DNA of 64,000 nucleotides from Phycisphaerales bacterium UBA2396 (lineage in GTDB: Bacteria; Planctomycetota; Phycisphaerae; Phycisphaerales; UBA1924). The position numbers and the translations under genes were made by a program. The stretch covers positions 4,718 to 68,717 of the forward strand of contig DDSG01000029.1 in the NCBI GenBank assembly GCA_002343325.1. Direction: 5' to 3'. The notes below the pieces were generated by a model. That model was not told the origin of the DNA. It was given only the letters and a program-made list of their open reading frames with translations, and ran no database searches. Position 1 is the first letter of the stretch. Each line of letters starts with the position of its first letter. Positions 51,353 through 60,366 of this stretch are shown here, piece by piece.

Positions 51353-52141
51353 ATGTGGCAGTGGATCCAGCAAAACATCGGCCTGCAGAACCTCGTCGTG
51401 ATCCTCCTGCTCGGCAGCGGGTTCCTCCAATGGATCATCGCCCAGCTCCAGGCCCAGCGCGCCGCCAAGAAGGCCCGTGAAGCCATGCAGGCCTCCGAAC
51501 TCGAAGCGCTCCGCACCGGACGCCCCATCGCCTCTCAGAACGCCTCTACTCCGGTCGCCCAGCCCCCGCTGCAATCCTCCCGCGAACGCCGACTCGAAGA
51601 AATCGCCGCCGCCCGCCAAAAGCAGCTCGAAGAGCTCCGCCGCCGCGCCGCTCAACGTCGCTCGGCCCAACCGCCAGCCGAAGCCAGATCCGCGCCGACC
51701 ACGCCCATCCCGCGCGACGCCACCGACGACACCAACGCCCAGCGCCGACAGGCCGAGGAACGCCGACGCGCCCGTCAGGAAGCTCGCGCCCGCCAGGAGG
51801 CAGCCCAGCGACAGGAAGCCGCCGCCAACGAGCAGGCGCTCCTCCGCCAGGCCGACGAACGCCGAGAAGTCGAACGCCGTGCCCTGCTCGACCGTGCCGA
51901 TTCCGCCGCTCGCGCCGCCGCGGCACGCGCTACCGCCGCCGTCTACGCCGAACCCGCCGTCAAGGGCAGCCCCCAGGCCGCGATTGCCGCCGCCGCCGCG
52001 AACGCCAAACGCTCCCTCCCCGACCCCGCCATCTCCGGCTCTCTCTCCCCAGCCGACCTCCGCCGGGCCATCATCCTCCGCGAGATCCTCGGCAACCCCG
52101 TCGCCCTCCGCAACCCCGCGGCCGAAGGGGCAATCCCATGA
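51353..52141 (+). CDS. membrane-anchored Arg/Ala/Glu-rich coiled-coil protein (hypothetical)
   Basis: One TM helix (NLVVILLLGSGFLQWIIAQL), then charged low-complexity coiled coil (RRQAEERRRARQEARARQEAAQRQEAAANEQALLRQADERREVERRA). Divergent from ffh. Confidence 0.45.
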   Translation: MWQWIQQNIGLQNLVVILLLGSGFLQWIIAQLQAQRAAKKAREAMQASELEALRTGRPIASQNASTPVAQPPLQSSRERRLEEIAAARQKQLEELRRRAAQRRSAQPPAEARSAPTTPIPRDATDDTNAQRRQAEERRRARQEARARQEAAQRQEAAANEQALLRQADERREVERRALLDRADSAARAAAARATAAVYAEPAVKGSPQAAIAAAAANAKRSLPDPAISGSLSPADLRRAIILREILGNPVALRNPAAEGAIP

Positions 52142-52974
52142 ATCGAGCCCTTTGCCTCGCCACGCTCGGCACCATCGCCCTCACACTCCCGGGATGCACC
52201 GGACTCCAGGCCGATCCCAACAACCCCTCCGAAAGCGTCCTCGACCTTCTCTTCGCCGAACCCAACTTCGCCAACATCGCCGCCAACGCACAGGATCCCT
52301 TCGACAGCGACAACCGCTTCCGCGGCACCCTGCAGCTCTCCGTCTCCCCCGCCGGCAGCGACCCCGTCAACGTCGCCCTGTACGCCGCCAACTCCGAAGA
52401 CGAAGAAGCCTCCGTTCGCGCCGCAGCATGCCGCGCTCTCGGCCGCCACGGCAGCCCCGAACACGTCCCCCTCCTCGTCCGCCGTCTCACCGATGCCGAC
52501 GTCGGCGTCCGCAAGGAAGCCGCCCGCGCTCTCCAACGCATCCACAGCCCCGCCGCCATCGACCCACTCCTCACCGCACTCCGCGAGCCCGGGCTCACCC
52601 GACGCGCCGGCGGCGAGGTCGACCCTGACGTTCGCGCCGAAGCCGCCATCGCACTCGCCCAGTACCGCCGACCCGACGTCCTCCAAGGGCTCATCGAAGC
52701 CCTCGGCGACTCCCGCCTCGCCGTCAACCACAACGCCCTCGAATCCCTCCGCGTCACCACCGGACAGGACTTCGGCTACGACCGCGCCGCCTGGCTCGCC
52801 TGGCTCCAGGGCCGCCGCGAACCCTTCGCCGCCGGCTCCCTCTTCACCTTCCCCGCCTACTCCCGCGACCTCTGGATCATCGAGCGACTCCCCTTCATCC
52901 CCAAACCCGTCAACGAGTCCTCCTCCACCCCAGCCGGTATGCCCCTCACCATCGCGCCCACCGGCTCCCGATAA
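52138..52974 (+). CDS. HEAT/PBS-lyase-repeat lipoprotein
   Basis: Lipobox ALTLPGCTG. Repeated DEEASVRAAACRALGRHGSPEHVPLLVRRLTDADVGVRKEAARAL... blocks. Start overlaps the previous stop by 4 nt. Confidence 0.65.
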   Translation: MNRALCLATLGTIALTLPGCTGLQADPNNPSESVLDLLFAEPNFANIAANAQDPFDSDNRFRGTLQLSVSPAGSDPVNVALYAANSEDEEASVRAAACRALGRHGSPEHVPLLVRRLTDADVGVRKEAARALQRIHSPAAIDPLLTALREPGLTRRAGGEVDPDVRAEAAIALAQYRRPDVLQGLIEALGDSRLAVNHNALESLRVTTGQDFGYDRAAWLAWLQGRREPFAAGSLFTFPAYSRDLWIIERLPFIPKPVNESSSTPAGMPLTIAPTGSR

Positions 52975-53032
52975 CGACACCACGCACTCAACCCCACTCC
53001 CCACGCGGCCGATCCCGGGGGTGGAGGACACT

Positions 53033-54037
53033 GTGCGCGCCCTGCGGATGCTCGGAGGAAAGCCCACCATCGATCCGCTGGCCGAGCTCCCACCGCTCGC
53101 CCCGGGCGAAGCCCTCGTCCGCATCCGCCGAGCCTCCCTCACCTCCGTCGAAGCGCTCGCAGGACTCTCCGCCGCCGATGGGCGAACCCTCGGCCACGAA
53201 GCGGTCGGCGTCGTCGAACGCATCGAACACAACGGCCGCCCGGACTGGAAGCAGCTCGAAAACGCCCGCGTCGCCATCCACCCCGTCGTCTCCTGCGCCG
53301 CCTGCGCCCTCTGCCGCGCAGGACTCGCCTGGCACTGCGCCGCCCGTCGCGTCATCGGGCTCTCCACGCCGCAGGGCGCACTGGCCGACCGCCTCGTCGT
53401 CCCCGCACGAAACCTCATCCCCATCCCCAACACTCTCGACGACGACAAAGCCTGCCTCGCCGTCACCGTCGGCGCCGCCATCCAGCTCACCCACGCCGTC
53501 CGCGTCGAGGGAAAGACCTTCGTCACCGTTCTCGGCGACGGACCCATCGGCCTCCTCGCCGCCCAGATCCTCGCACGCAAAAACGCCTCCGTCCGCCTTC
53601 TCGGCCGACATCCCGATCGCTTCTCACTCTGCGAACGCTGGGGCATCAAGCACCGCCACGAGTCCGAAGCCGGCCGACGCGCCGACCAGACCATCGTCCT
53701 CGACTGCACAGGCTCCCCCGCAGGCCTCGGGCTCGCCGCCCGTCTCGTCAGACCCCGCGGCACCGTCGTCGTCAAAGGCCCTCCCACCGGCTTCACACGC
53801 GACGGCGTCTGGCCCGCTGACCTCATGACCCTCATCGACCGCGAGGTCGCCATCCTCCCCTGCTCCTCCACCAACCTGCGCGAAGGTCTCGACGCCATCG
53901 CCTCCCACGCCGTCGATCTCGACCCCTTCCTCGGCCGCCGACTCCGCCTCGAACAAGCCCCCGACGCCCTCGCTCTCCTCCGCCAACGCGCCATCCTCCG
54001 CGCCATCGTCGACTTCGAACGCCCCAACGCCGCCTGA
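53033..54037 (+). CDS. zinc-binding alcohol dehydrogenase (MDR) family oxidoreductase
   Basis: GHEAVGVV, Cys cluster SCAACALCRAGLAWHC (structural Zn), Rossmann VLGDGPIGLLAAQIL. GTG start assumed. The 514-aa ORF from 52493 is an upstream-overlapping artefact. Confidence 0.75.
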   Translation: MRALRMLGGKPTIDPLAELPPLAPGEALVRIRRASLTSVEALAGLSAADGRTLGHEAVGVVERIEHNGRPDWKQLENARVAIHPVVSCAACALCRAGLAWHCAARRVIGLSTPQGALADRLVVPARNLIPIPNTLDDDKACLAVTVGAAIQLTHAVRVEGKTFVTVLGDGPIGLLAAQILARKNASVRLLGRHPDRFSLCERWGIKHRHESEAGRRADQTIVLDCTGSPAGLGLAARLVRPRGTVVVKGPPTGFTRDGVWPADLMTLIDREVAILPCSSTNLREGLDAIASHAVDLDPFLGRRLRLEQAPDALALLRQRAILRAIVDFERPNAA

Positions 54038-54053
54038 CGACATAGCCTCACCC

Positions 54054-54902
54054 ATGCGGTTCGAATTCCTCGGCACCGGCACCTCCGCAGGCGTGCCCAA
54101 CATCGGCTGCGATTGCCGCGTCTGCACCAGCTCCGACCCGCGCGACCAACGCCTCCGAACCTCCGCCGCCATCCGCTGGACCGATCACCTCGGCCACGAC
54201 CGCTGCGTCCTCCTCGACGCCGGCCCAGACCTCCGCGCCCAGGCCCTCCGCGCAAAGCTCGCCCGCTGCGACGCCATCTTCTTCACCCACAACCACGTCG
54301 ATCACACCTTCGGCCTCGACGAGATCCGCCGCTTCAACGCCGTCCAACGCGCGCCCATCTCCCTCTTCGCCGAAGACCACACCATGAAGTTCCTCGAACG
54401 CGTCTACCAGCACATCTTCGACCCCTCCCGAAACATCAACGACTCCTTCGTCGCCTCCGTCATCCCTCACCGCATCCCAGCCTCCCTCCCCCCCATCTCA
54501 CTCCACGGCCTGCGCTTCACACCCATCCGCCTCCTCCACGGCAAACTCCCCATCCTCGGCTTTCGCATCGACCCCGATCCCGCCGCCCGCCTCGCCGCAC
54601 CCTGGCTCCCACTCGCCTACTGCACCGACGTTTCTGGAATACCCCCCGAAAGTTGGGGACTCCTCTCCGGCCTCTCAACCCTCGTCCTCGACTGCCTCCG
54701 TCACCGCAAGCACCCCACCCACCTCTGCGTCGACCAGGCCCTCTCCATCGCCGACCGCGTCGCCGCGAGGCGAACCTTCTTCATCCACATGTCGCACGAC
54801 GTCTTGCACGCCGAGTTCGCCGCCGAACTCCCCCTAGGCATCGAGCCCGCCCACGATGGCCTCGTCCTCGATCCCCTCGATCCCATCCCAAACAAACCCT
54901 GA
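54054..54902 (+). CDS. MBL-fold metallo-hydrolase, PhnP-like
   Basis: MRFEFLGTGTSAGVPNIGCDCRVCTSSDPRDQRLRTS...DAGPD...FFTHNHVDHTFGLDEIR gives the PhnP/YhfI-type beta-lactamase fold with a CxC zinc ribbon. Confidence 0.75.
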   Translation: MRFEFLGTGTSAGVPNIGCDCRVCTSSDPRDQRLRTSAAIRWTDHLGHDRCVLLDAGPDLRAQALRAKLARCDAIFFTHNHVDHTFGLDEIRRFNAVQRAPISLFAEDHTMKFLERVYQHIFDPSRNINDSFVASVIPHRIPASLPPISLHGLRFTPIRLLHGKLPILGFRIDPDPAARLAAPWLPLAYCTDVSGIPPESWGLLSGLSTLVLDCLRHRKHPTHLCVDQALSIADRVAARRTFFIHMSHDVLHAEFAAELPLGIEPAHDGLVLDPLDPIPNKP

Positions 54903-54946
54903 TCAACCCCGTCCCCGCCACGCCCCAAGCCTATAGTCGCCTCCTT

Positions 54947-55858
54947 ATGGCCAAGACACGCGAGATCAAGAAGCGCATCAAAGCCGTCGGCAACATCCGC
55001 CGCATCACCAAAACGATGCAGATGATCGCCACCGCCAAGTTCGCCGCCGCTCAGCAGCGAGCCACCGCCAGCAAGCCCTACACCGAGGCGCTCTTCCAGC
55101 TCGTCGCCGATCTCGCCGCCAGCGTCGAAGGCGTCAGCCATCCGCTCTTCGGCTCCGACGCCGACAAGGCCAAGAACGCACAGCCTCTCACCCTCATCAT
55201 CACCTCCGACCGCGGCCTCTGCGGCGCGTACAACAGCAACGTGCTCCGCACCGCCATGGCCTTCCTTCGCGCCAACCCCGCCGCCAAGGCCGGCAGCATC
55301 GAGCTCGTCGGCAAGAAGGGCGTCGCCTTCCTCCGCTTCAACGGCATCAAGATCGCCAAGTCCCACACCTTCGGCGACAAGCCCTCCTACGACGCTGTCC
55401 GCGCCCTCGCCGATTCCTACATCGAACGATTCTCAAGCGGCGAAATCTCCGCCGTCAACGTCATCTACATGCGCTTCATCTCCGCCGGCAAGCAGGCCCC
55501 AGCCGTCCTCCAGCTCCTCCCCTTCAGCCCCGACGCCGCGTCGCAGCTCGCCCGTTCGCAGAAGAAGAGCGACGACCCGACCCCCGCGCCCGCCGCCAAG
55601 GTCCCCTACGAGTTCACCCCCAGCGCACGCCAGCTTCTCGACGATCTGCTCCCCGCCGCCGTCCGCGCCGTCCTCTTCCAGGGCTTCAACGACGCCGTCG
55701 TCAGCGAGCACATCGCACGCATGGTCGCCATGAAGTCCGCCACCGACGCCGCCGGCAAGATGGGCAAGCTCTACACCCGCAAGTTCAACCGCGCCCGCCA
55801 GGCCCAGATCACCACCGAGCTCACCGAGATCATCTCCGGCGCCGCCGCCCTCGCCTGA
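54947..55858 (+). CDS. atpG: F0F1 ATP synthase subunit gamma (stand-alone copy)
   Basis: MAKTREIKKRIKAVGNIRRITKTMQMIATAKF...ITSDRGLCGAYNSNV...ARQAQITTELTEIISGAAAL. Confidence 0.9.
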   Translation: MAKTREIKKRIKAVGNIRRITKTMQMIATAKFAAAQQRATASKPYTEALFQLVADLAASVEGVSHPLFGSDADKAKNAQPLTLIITSDRGLCGAYNSNVLRTAMAFLRANPAAKAGSIELVGKKGVAFLRFNGIKIAKSHTFGDKPSYDAVRALADSYIERFSSGEISAVNVIYMRFISAGKQAPAVLQLLPFSPDAASQLARSQKKSDDPTPAPAAKVPYEFTPSARQLLDDLLPAAVRAVLFQGFNDAVVSEHIARMVAMKSATDAAGKMGKLYTRKFNRARQAQITTELTEIISGAAALA

Positions 55859-55881
55859 GCCCGATCCTTCCTCACACAATG

Positions 55882-55920
55882 AAAAACGCCCGCGAGGCCT
55901 TCCCCGCGGGCGTTGTCTTT
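55882..55920. terminator. bidirectional rho-independent terminator between atpG and icd
   Basis: AAAAACGCCCGCG-aggccttccc-CGCGGGCGTTGTCTTT. Confidence 0.6.
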
Positions 55921-55951
55921 GGCTCATGCTCAGGACACCACGCCCGGCCGC

Positions 55952-57439
55952 TCACTGACCCTGCGCCAGGCTGTACCCCTTCACCCCATCGAACGTCCGC
56001 AGCAGCTCATACGAGCACACCGTGAACGCCTCCGCGATCTTGTCCATCAACGCCACGCACCGGCTCTGCCCGAACGCGCCCGGCGACACCCCGTCCTTCA
56101 GCTCAAACCGCACCCGGTAGTAATCCACGCACTCCGTGTACACCGATCCCGTCGGCCACACCTGCGTACCACGGTTCGAAATCAGCGACAACTTGAACGG
56201 CGTGTCCTGGCACGCTCGCGTCATCTCCTCCGCCAACGACAGCGGACTCAGCGTCGTATCCAGATAGATATCGCACCCCACCACCTGCGTCACGATGTTC
56301 TTGAACGTCCGGATCACCTGCTGACCCGTCGGCCGCGGCGGCCTCATGAAACAGTGGTCCCCCTCCGCCGCCTCCGGCACCGCCGCCACCGTCTTCGGCA
56401 GGTTCCCAAGATTGTCCATCACCGCCCGCGTAAACGCCGACGTCCCCACCGCGGGCTTGCTCTTGTCCCCAAAGTCCCCCGTGTGCACACCGCTCTCAAG
56501 CGTCGCCAGAAGCGCGTTCTCGATCGCCGCAGCCTCCCTGAACAGACACACATGCCTCAGCAGCATCAGCCCCGACAAAATCAGGCTCGTCGGGTTCGCC
56601 ACGCCCTTGCCCGCGATATCCGGCGCCGTCCCGTGCACCGCCTCAAAGATCGAAATATGATTCCCGATGTTCGCCGACGGCGCAAAGCCCAGCCCGCCAA
56701 CCAGCCCCGCCACTAGGTCCGACACGATGTCGCCCTGCAGATTCGGCAGCACCACCATCTTGTACTGCTGAGGCTTCATCACCAGGTTCATGCACAACGC
56801 ATCAACGATCACGTCCGCCTGCTCGATCTCCGGAAAGTCCTTCCCCACCGTCTTGAACCGCTCCAGGAACAGCCCGTCCGTCATCTTCATGATGTTGGCT
56901 TTGTGCCCGCAGTGCACCTTCCCGATCTTCAGCTTCCGCGCCGTCTGGTACGCGAACCGATGAACCTCGTCACACCCAGGCGCCGAAATCAGCCGCTTGC
57001 ACTGCACCATGTCGTTCGAAAGCCGGTGCTCCACGCCCCCGTACGTATCCTCGATGTTCTCCCGGACAATCGTCATGTCGATCGACACGCCCGCCTTCGA
57101 GTACACCGTCTCCACGCCCGGCAGCGTCTTGAACACCCGGTAGTTCGCGTACGCGTTCCACAGCTTCCGCGCTGTCACGTTGATGCTCTTCCCGCCCCCG
57201 CCCTTGGGCGTCTCCATCGGGCCCTTGAACAGGATCCCGCAGTCCTCCACCGTCCGGATCGCCTGCTCCGACATCCCCCGCGAGTTGCCCTTGGCAAACT
57301 CCGTCGCCCCCATCTCCACAGGCACAAAGTCCGCCTGCTTCATCACCCCCGCCGCTTTGAACAGCTCCAGCGTCGCCGCCATGATCTCAGGACCAATCCC
57401 GTCGCCCGCCGCCAGCGCAATCTGCAGTGTGGACGCCAT
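55952..57439 (-). CDS. icd: isocitrate dehydrogenase (isocitrate/isopropylmalate dehydrogenase family) with ~130-aa C-terminal extension
   Basis: IALAAGDGIGPEI, NLQGDIVSDL, GTAPDIAGKGVANP. Core ~365 aa plus a Cys-containing extension (CFMRPP...VGCDIY...RACQDT...TECVDYY...SRCVAL...TVCSYE). Start at internal MASTLQ. Confidence 0.8.
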   Translation of the reverse strand: MASTLQIALAAGDGIGPEIMAATLELFKAAGVMKQADFVPVEMGATEFAKGNSRGMSEQAIRTVEDCGILFKGPMETPKGGGGKSINVTARKLWNAYANYRVFKTLPGVETVYSKAGVSIDMTIVRENIEDTYGGVEHRLSNDMVQCKRLISAPGCDEVHRFAYQTARKLKIGKVHCGHKANIMKMTDGLFLERFKTVGKDFPEIEQADVIVDALCMNLVMKPQQYKMVVLPNLQGDIVSDLVAGLVGGLGFAPSANIGNHISIFEAVHGTAPDIAGKGVANPTSLILSGLMLLRHVCLFREAAAIENALLATLESGVHTGDFGDKSKPAVGTSAFTRAVMDNLGNLPKTVAAVPEAAEGDHCFMRPPRPTGQQVIRTFKNIVTQVVGCDIYLDTTLSPLSLAEEMTRACQDTPFKLSLISNRGTQVWPTGSVYTECVDYYRVRFELKDGVSPGAFGQSRCVALMDKIAEAFTVCSYELLRTFDGVKGYSLAQGQ

Positions 57440-57585
57440 GCCGTGTTCCTTCCCTGTTCGAATCCTCTCCAACGGGCCCAAGGATAGTCCCCACTCCGAC
57501 ACCCCCGGCCGCCCCGTCGTCTCCATCGTCCGAAAACCCAAGCCCCTTCACCCCACCTACAACTTCCTCTCAAGGAGCCCCATCC

Positions 57586-58164
57586 ATGGCCAAGAAGTCC
57601 ACCCGCAAAGCCCCCCGCGCCTCCGCTCGCCGCGCCAAGCCCGCCGCCCGTTCGGCACGGCCCGCCAAGAGCGCCCCCTTCGACGCCAAGGCCGCCATGG
57701 AGCACGCCATCACTTCCCTCGACTTCGCCCGTGAGATGACCCTGAAGCTCCTCACCGATTGGCCCAAGAACAAACTCGCCCACCAGTTCTCCCCCGCCGA
57801 CAACCACCCCCTCTGGACCCTTGGCCATCTCGGCACCAGCGCAGAGTGGTTCGCCTCCGTCCTCGACAAAAAGGCCGGCCCCTCCGCAAAGCTCAACGCC
57901 ACCTTCGGCGGCGGGTCCAAGCCCTCCGCCAACCCCAAGGACTACCCCTCCCTCGCCAAACTCATCACCCTCTACAACGCCGGCCACCAACGCCTCGTCA
58001 ACGCACTCCGAAACACCAAAGACCCGCTCGCCAAGCCCGACGCCAAGATGGACTGGCTCCGCGACGGCCTCCACGCCGCCGAAATGGCCATCTGGCACGA
58101 AGGTTGGCACGCCGGGCAGCTCTCCACGCTCCGCCGCCAGCACGGGCTCCCGGGCGTCATGTAA
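57586..58164 (+). CDS. DinB-family (DinB_2) four-helix-bundle protein with Lys/Arg/Ala-rich N-terminal tail
   Basis: MAKKSTRKAPRASARRAKPAARSARPAKS tail, then HPLWTLGHLGTSAEWF...AIWHEGWHAGQL (metal-binding His triad). Confidence 0.65.
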   Translation: MAKKSTRKAPRASARRAKPAARSARPAKSAPFDAKAAMEHAITSLDFAREMTLKLLTDWPKNKLAHQFSPADNHPLWTLGHLGTSAEWFASVLDKKAGPSAKLNATFGGGSKPSANPKDYPSLAKLITLYNAGHQRLVNALRNTKDPLAKPDAKMDWLRDGLHAAEMAIWHEGWHAGQLSTLRRQHGLPGVM

Positions 58165-58194
58165 CCCCGCTCCCAGCCGCTCGGCCCGTCCGCA

Positions 58195-59712
58195 TCACCC
58201 ATCCGCTCGCGGTACCTCTCGGCCTCCCGCCGGCACCGCCGCTGTCTCCACGCCCAAAGGCCGGGTGATCTCCACCACCAGCGTGTCATCGTCCGCCACC
58301 CCGGAACGATGATGCTCCACCGCCTCCAGAATCCCCCGCGTCCAGATCCCGCACCGGTGCTCGATCACCCGGTTCGACAGCGTCCGCCTCGACATCATCC
58401 CCAGCGGCGACTGCGCCGTCGCCACCAGCGACCGCATCCCGCACACCCCCAGCATCCGCCCACGATCGTCCCTCGCCTCCATCGCCCCGTCCGTGTACGC
58501 GATCAACGCATCACCGGGCCCAAATCTCAGCGACCGAGGCTCCGCCTGAAACTCCGGATGCGGGCACACCCCGAGCACAAATGCCGTGCTCTCGATCTCG
58601 TGCACCGTCCCATCCACCGCCCGCACGAACGCCGGCGGATGCCCACCGCTCGCATACTCCAGCGTGTCCGAATCACAGTCAATCCGAACGCACAACGCCG
58701 TCGCATAAATCGAGTGCTTCGCCAGCGTCAAATGAATGTACCGGTTCAGCAGTTCCAGCACATCCCCCGGCGGCGCCAGCGGATTTTCCGCGAACACACG
58801 CTCAAGCTCCCCGTGCAGCCGGTTCACCGTCAGCGCCGCCGGAATCCCGTGCCCCGTCACATCCACCAGCACCACCGACATCTTCCGACCCCCGAACTCC
58901 TTCGGGCAGTGCGCAAACACGAAGTCCCCACCGATCGACCGCATCGGCTCATACTCGTACCAGAAGCAGATCGGCCCGTCCGTGATCGCCTGCGGGAATA
59001 GCGACTCGTGGATCTTCCGCGCGTCCAGCAGCTCCCGCCGGAACTCCCCGTACCGCCGCGCCAACGCCTTCAGCTTGTACGCCTCGATCCGCCTCGAATG
59101 CTTCAGCCACGCCACCACCGCGCCCGGAATCCCCAGCGCCGGACTCAGCGCCAGGCTCACCCACGTCTCCGCCTCCCCATGCGGCGCAAACAACAGCGTG
59201 AACAACGCGTTCGCGCCCAGCAGCACCAGCATCGGCCGGATCGCCTGCCACAGATTCCACGGCAGGAACAACGCCGCCGCAAAGTGCGTCATCGCCACCG
59301 GCGCCAAAGGCGATGACGTCGGCACAAGCGTCCACGCCATCAGCCCGATCAACCCCTCCGCCACCACCAGCCCCACCGAAATGTCCGTCAGCCGTGTCCG
59401 CGGGATCCGAACATTCCGCACCACCGCCCACACCGCGCCATACAACGCCAGCACCAACGCCCCGGCCAGCAGCATCGTCGTCCACTGACCGCCCGTCCAC
59501 GCCGCAGGCGTCCCCAGAAACCACAAATCCCGCTCCGGAAAGAACCGCCGCTCGATCACCGCCCCGCCAAACCGCATCACGAACGCCACCACCCCGACCA
59601 ACCCCCACACCATCGTGAACCGCGCCAGCCGCCGCGAAAACAGGGACGCCGTGTCCGCCTCAAACTCGTGGCGGAACTCCGTCGTGTACTGGTTCGTCCC
59701 GTGATTGCTCAA
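58195..59712 (-). CDS. membrane-bound PP2C-type Ser/Thr phosphatase (SpoIIE/RsbU family) with multi-TM N-terminal sensor
   Basis: About 8 TM helices, then GGDFVFAHC...VVLVDVTGHGIPAAL...YASGGHPPAF...AYTDGAMEA. Confidence 0.8.
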   Translation of the reverse strand: MSNHGTNQYTTEFRHEFEADTASLFSRRLARFTMVWGLVGVVAFVMRFGGAVIERRFFPERDLWFLGTPAAWTGGQWTTMLLAGALVLALYGAVWAVVRNVRIPRTRLTDISVGLVVAEGLIGLMAWTLVPTSSPLAPVAMTHFAAALFLPWNLWQAIRPMLVLLGANALFTLLFAPHGEAETWVSLALSPALGIPGAVVAWLKHSRRIEAYKLKALARRYGEFRRELLDARKIHESLFPQAITDGPICFWYEYEPMRSIGGDFVFAHCPKEFGGRKMSVVLVDVTGHGIPAALTVNRLHGELERVFAENPLAPPGDVLELLNRYIHLTLAKHSIYATALCVRIDCDSDTLEYASGGHPPAFVRAVDGTVHEIESTAFVLGVCPHPEFQAEPRSLRFGPGDALIAYTDGAMEARDDRGRMLGVCGMRSLVATAQSPLGMMSRRTLSNRVIEHRCGIWTRGILEAVEHHRSGVADDDTLVVEITRPLGVETAAVPAGGREVPRADG

Positions 59713-59733
59713 GCGACCGGCTTCCTTCCAAAC

Positions 59734-60336
59734 TTACCCCACCGTCCGGTTCTTCCCGGGAACCCAGAGTACATCCCCCTTGCCACCGCCGTTCGCCACC
59801 CGCGACAGCACAAACAACAGGTCGCTCAGCCGGTTCAGATACCGGATCGCCTCCGCGTTCGTCTCCGTCGGCTCAAGCCGCAACAACGTCACGCTCCGAC
59901 GCTCCGCCCGCCGAACCACCGTCCGCGCCACATGCAGCGACGCCGCCGACGCCGTACCCCCAGGCAGCACGAACGACGTCAACGCCGACAGCCCCTCGTT
60001 GTACCGGTCGATCGCTCGCTCCAGCCGCTCCGTCTGCGCCGCAACCACCCGCAACGCCGCCCCGGGCTTCTCCCCCGGTTCGAGCGGCGTCGCCAGGTCC
60101 GCCCCCAGATCAAAAAGATCCTGCTGGATCCCCGACAGCAGCGCATCGATCTCCCCCCGCTCCGCCATCTCCGACCCGCGCACCGCCAGCACCGCCACCC
60201 CGATCGCACAATTCGCCTCGTCCACGCTCCCGTACGCTTCCACGCGCGCCGAGTCCTTCGACGCTCGCTGACCGCCCACCAGCCCCGTCGTCCCATCGTC
60301 CCCGGTGCGCGTATAGATCTTGTTCAGCTTGACCAT
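59734..60336 (-). CDS. pduO: ATP:cob(I)alamin adenosyltransferase, PduO type
   Basis: MVKLNKIYTRTGDDGTTGLVGGQRASKDSARVEAYGSVDEANCAIG... canonical PduO/MMAB N-terminus. 200 aa. Confidence 0.85.
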   Translation of the reverse strand: MVKLNKIYTRTGDDGTTGLVGGQRASKDSARVEAYGSVDEANCAIGVAVLAVRGSEMAERGEIDALLSGIQQDLFDLGADLATPLEPGEKPGAALRVVAAQTERLERAIDRYNEGLSALTSFVLPGGTASAASLHVARTVVRRAERRSVTLLRLEPTETNAEAIRYLNRLSDLLFVLSRVANGGGKGDVLWVPGKNRTVG

Positions 60337-60366
60337 CGGGTTCTCGTTTCACTCAGAGGGGTGCGC

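Noticed and set aside
52493-54037. 514-aa ORF suggesting a long N-terminal extension on the MDR dehydrogenase
   Set aside because: The first ~180 codons overlap the HEAT-repeat lipoprotein gene in another frame and are Pro/Ser-rich nonsense. The conserved dehydrogenase sequence begins near GTG 53033.
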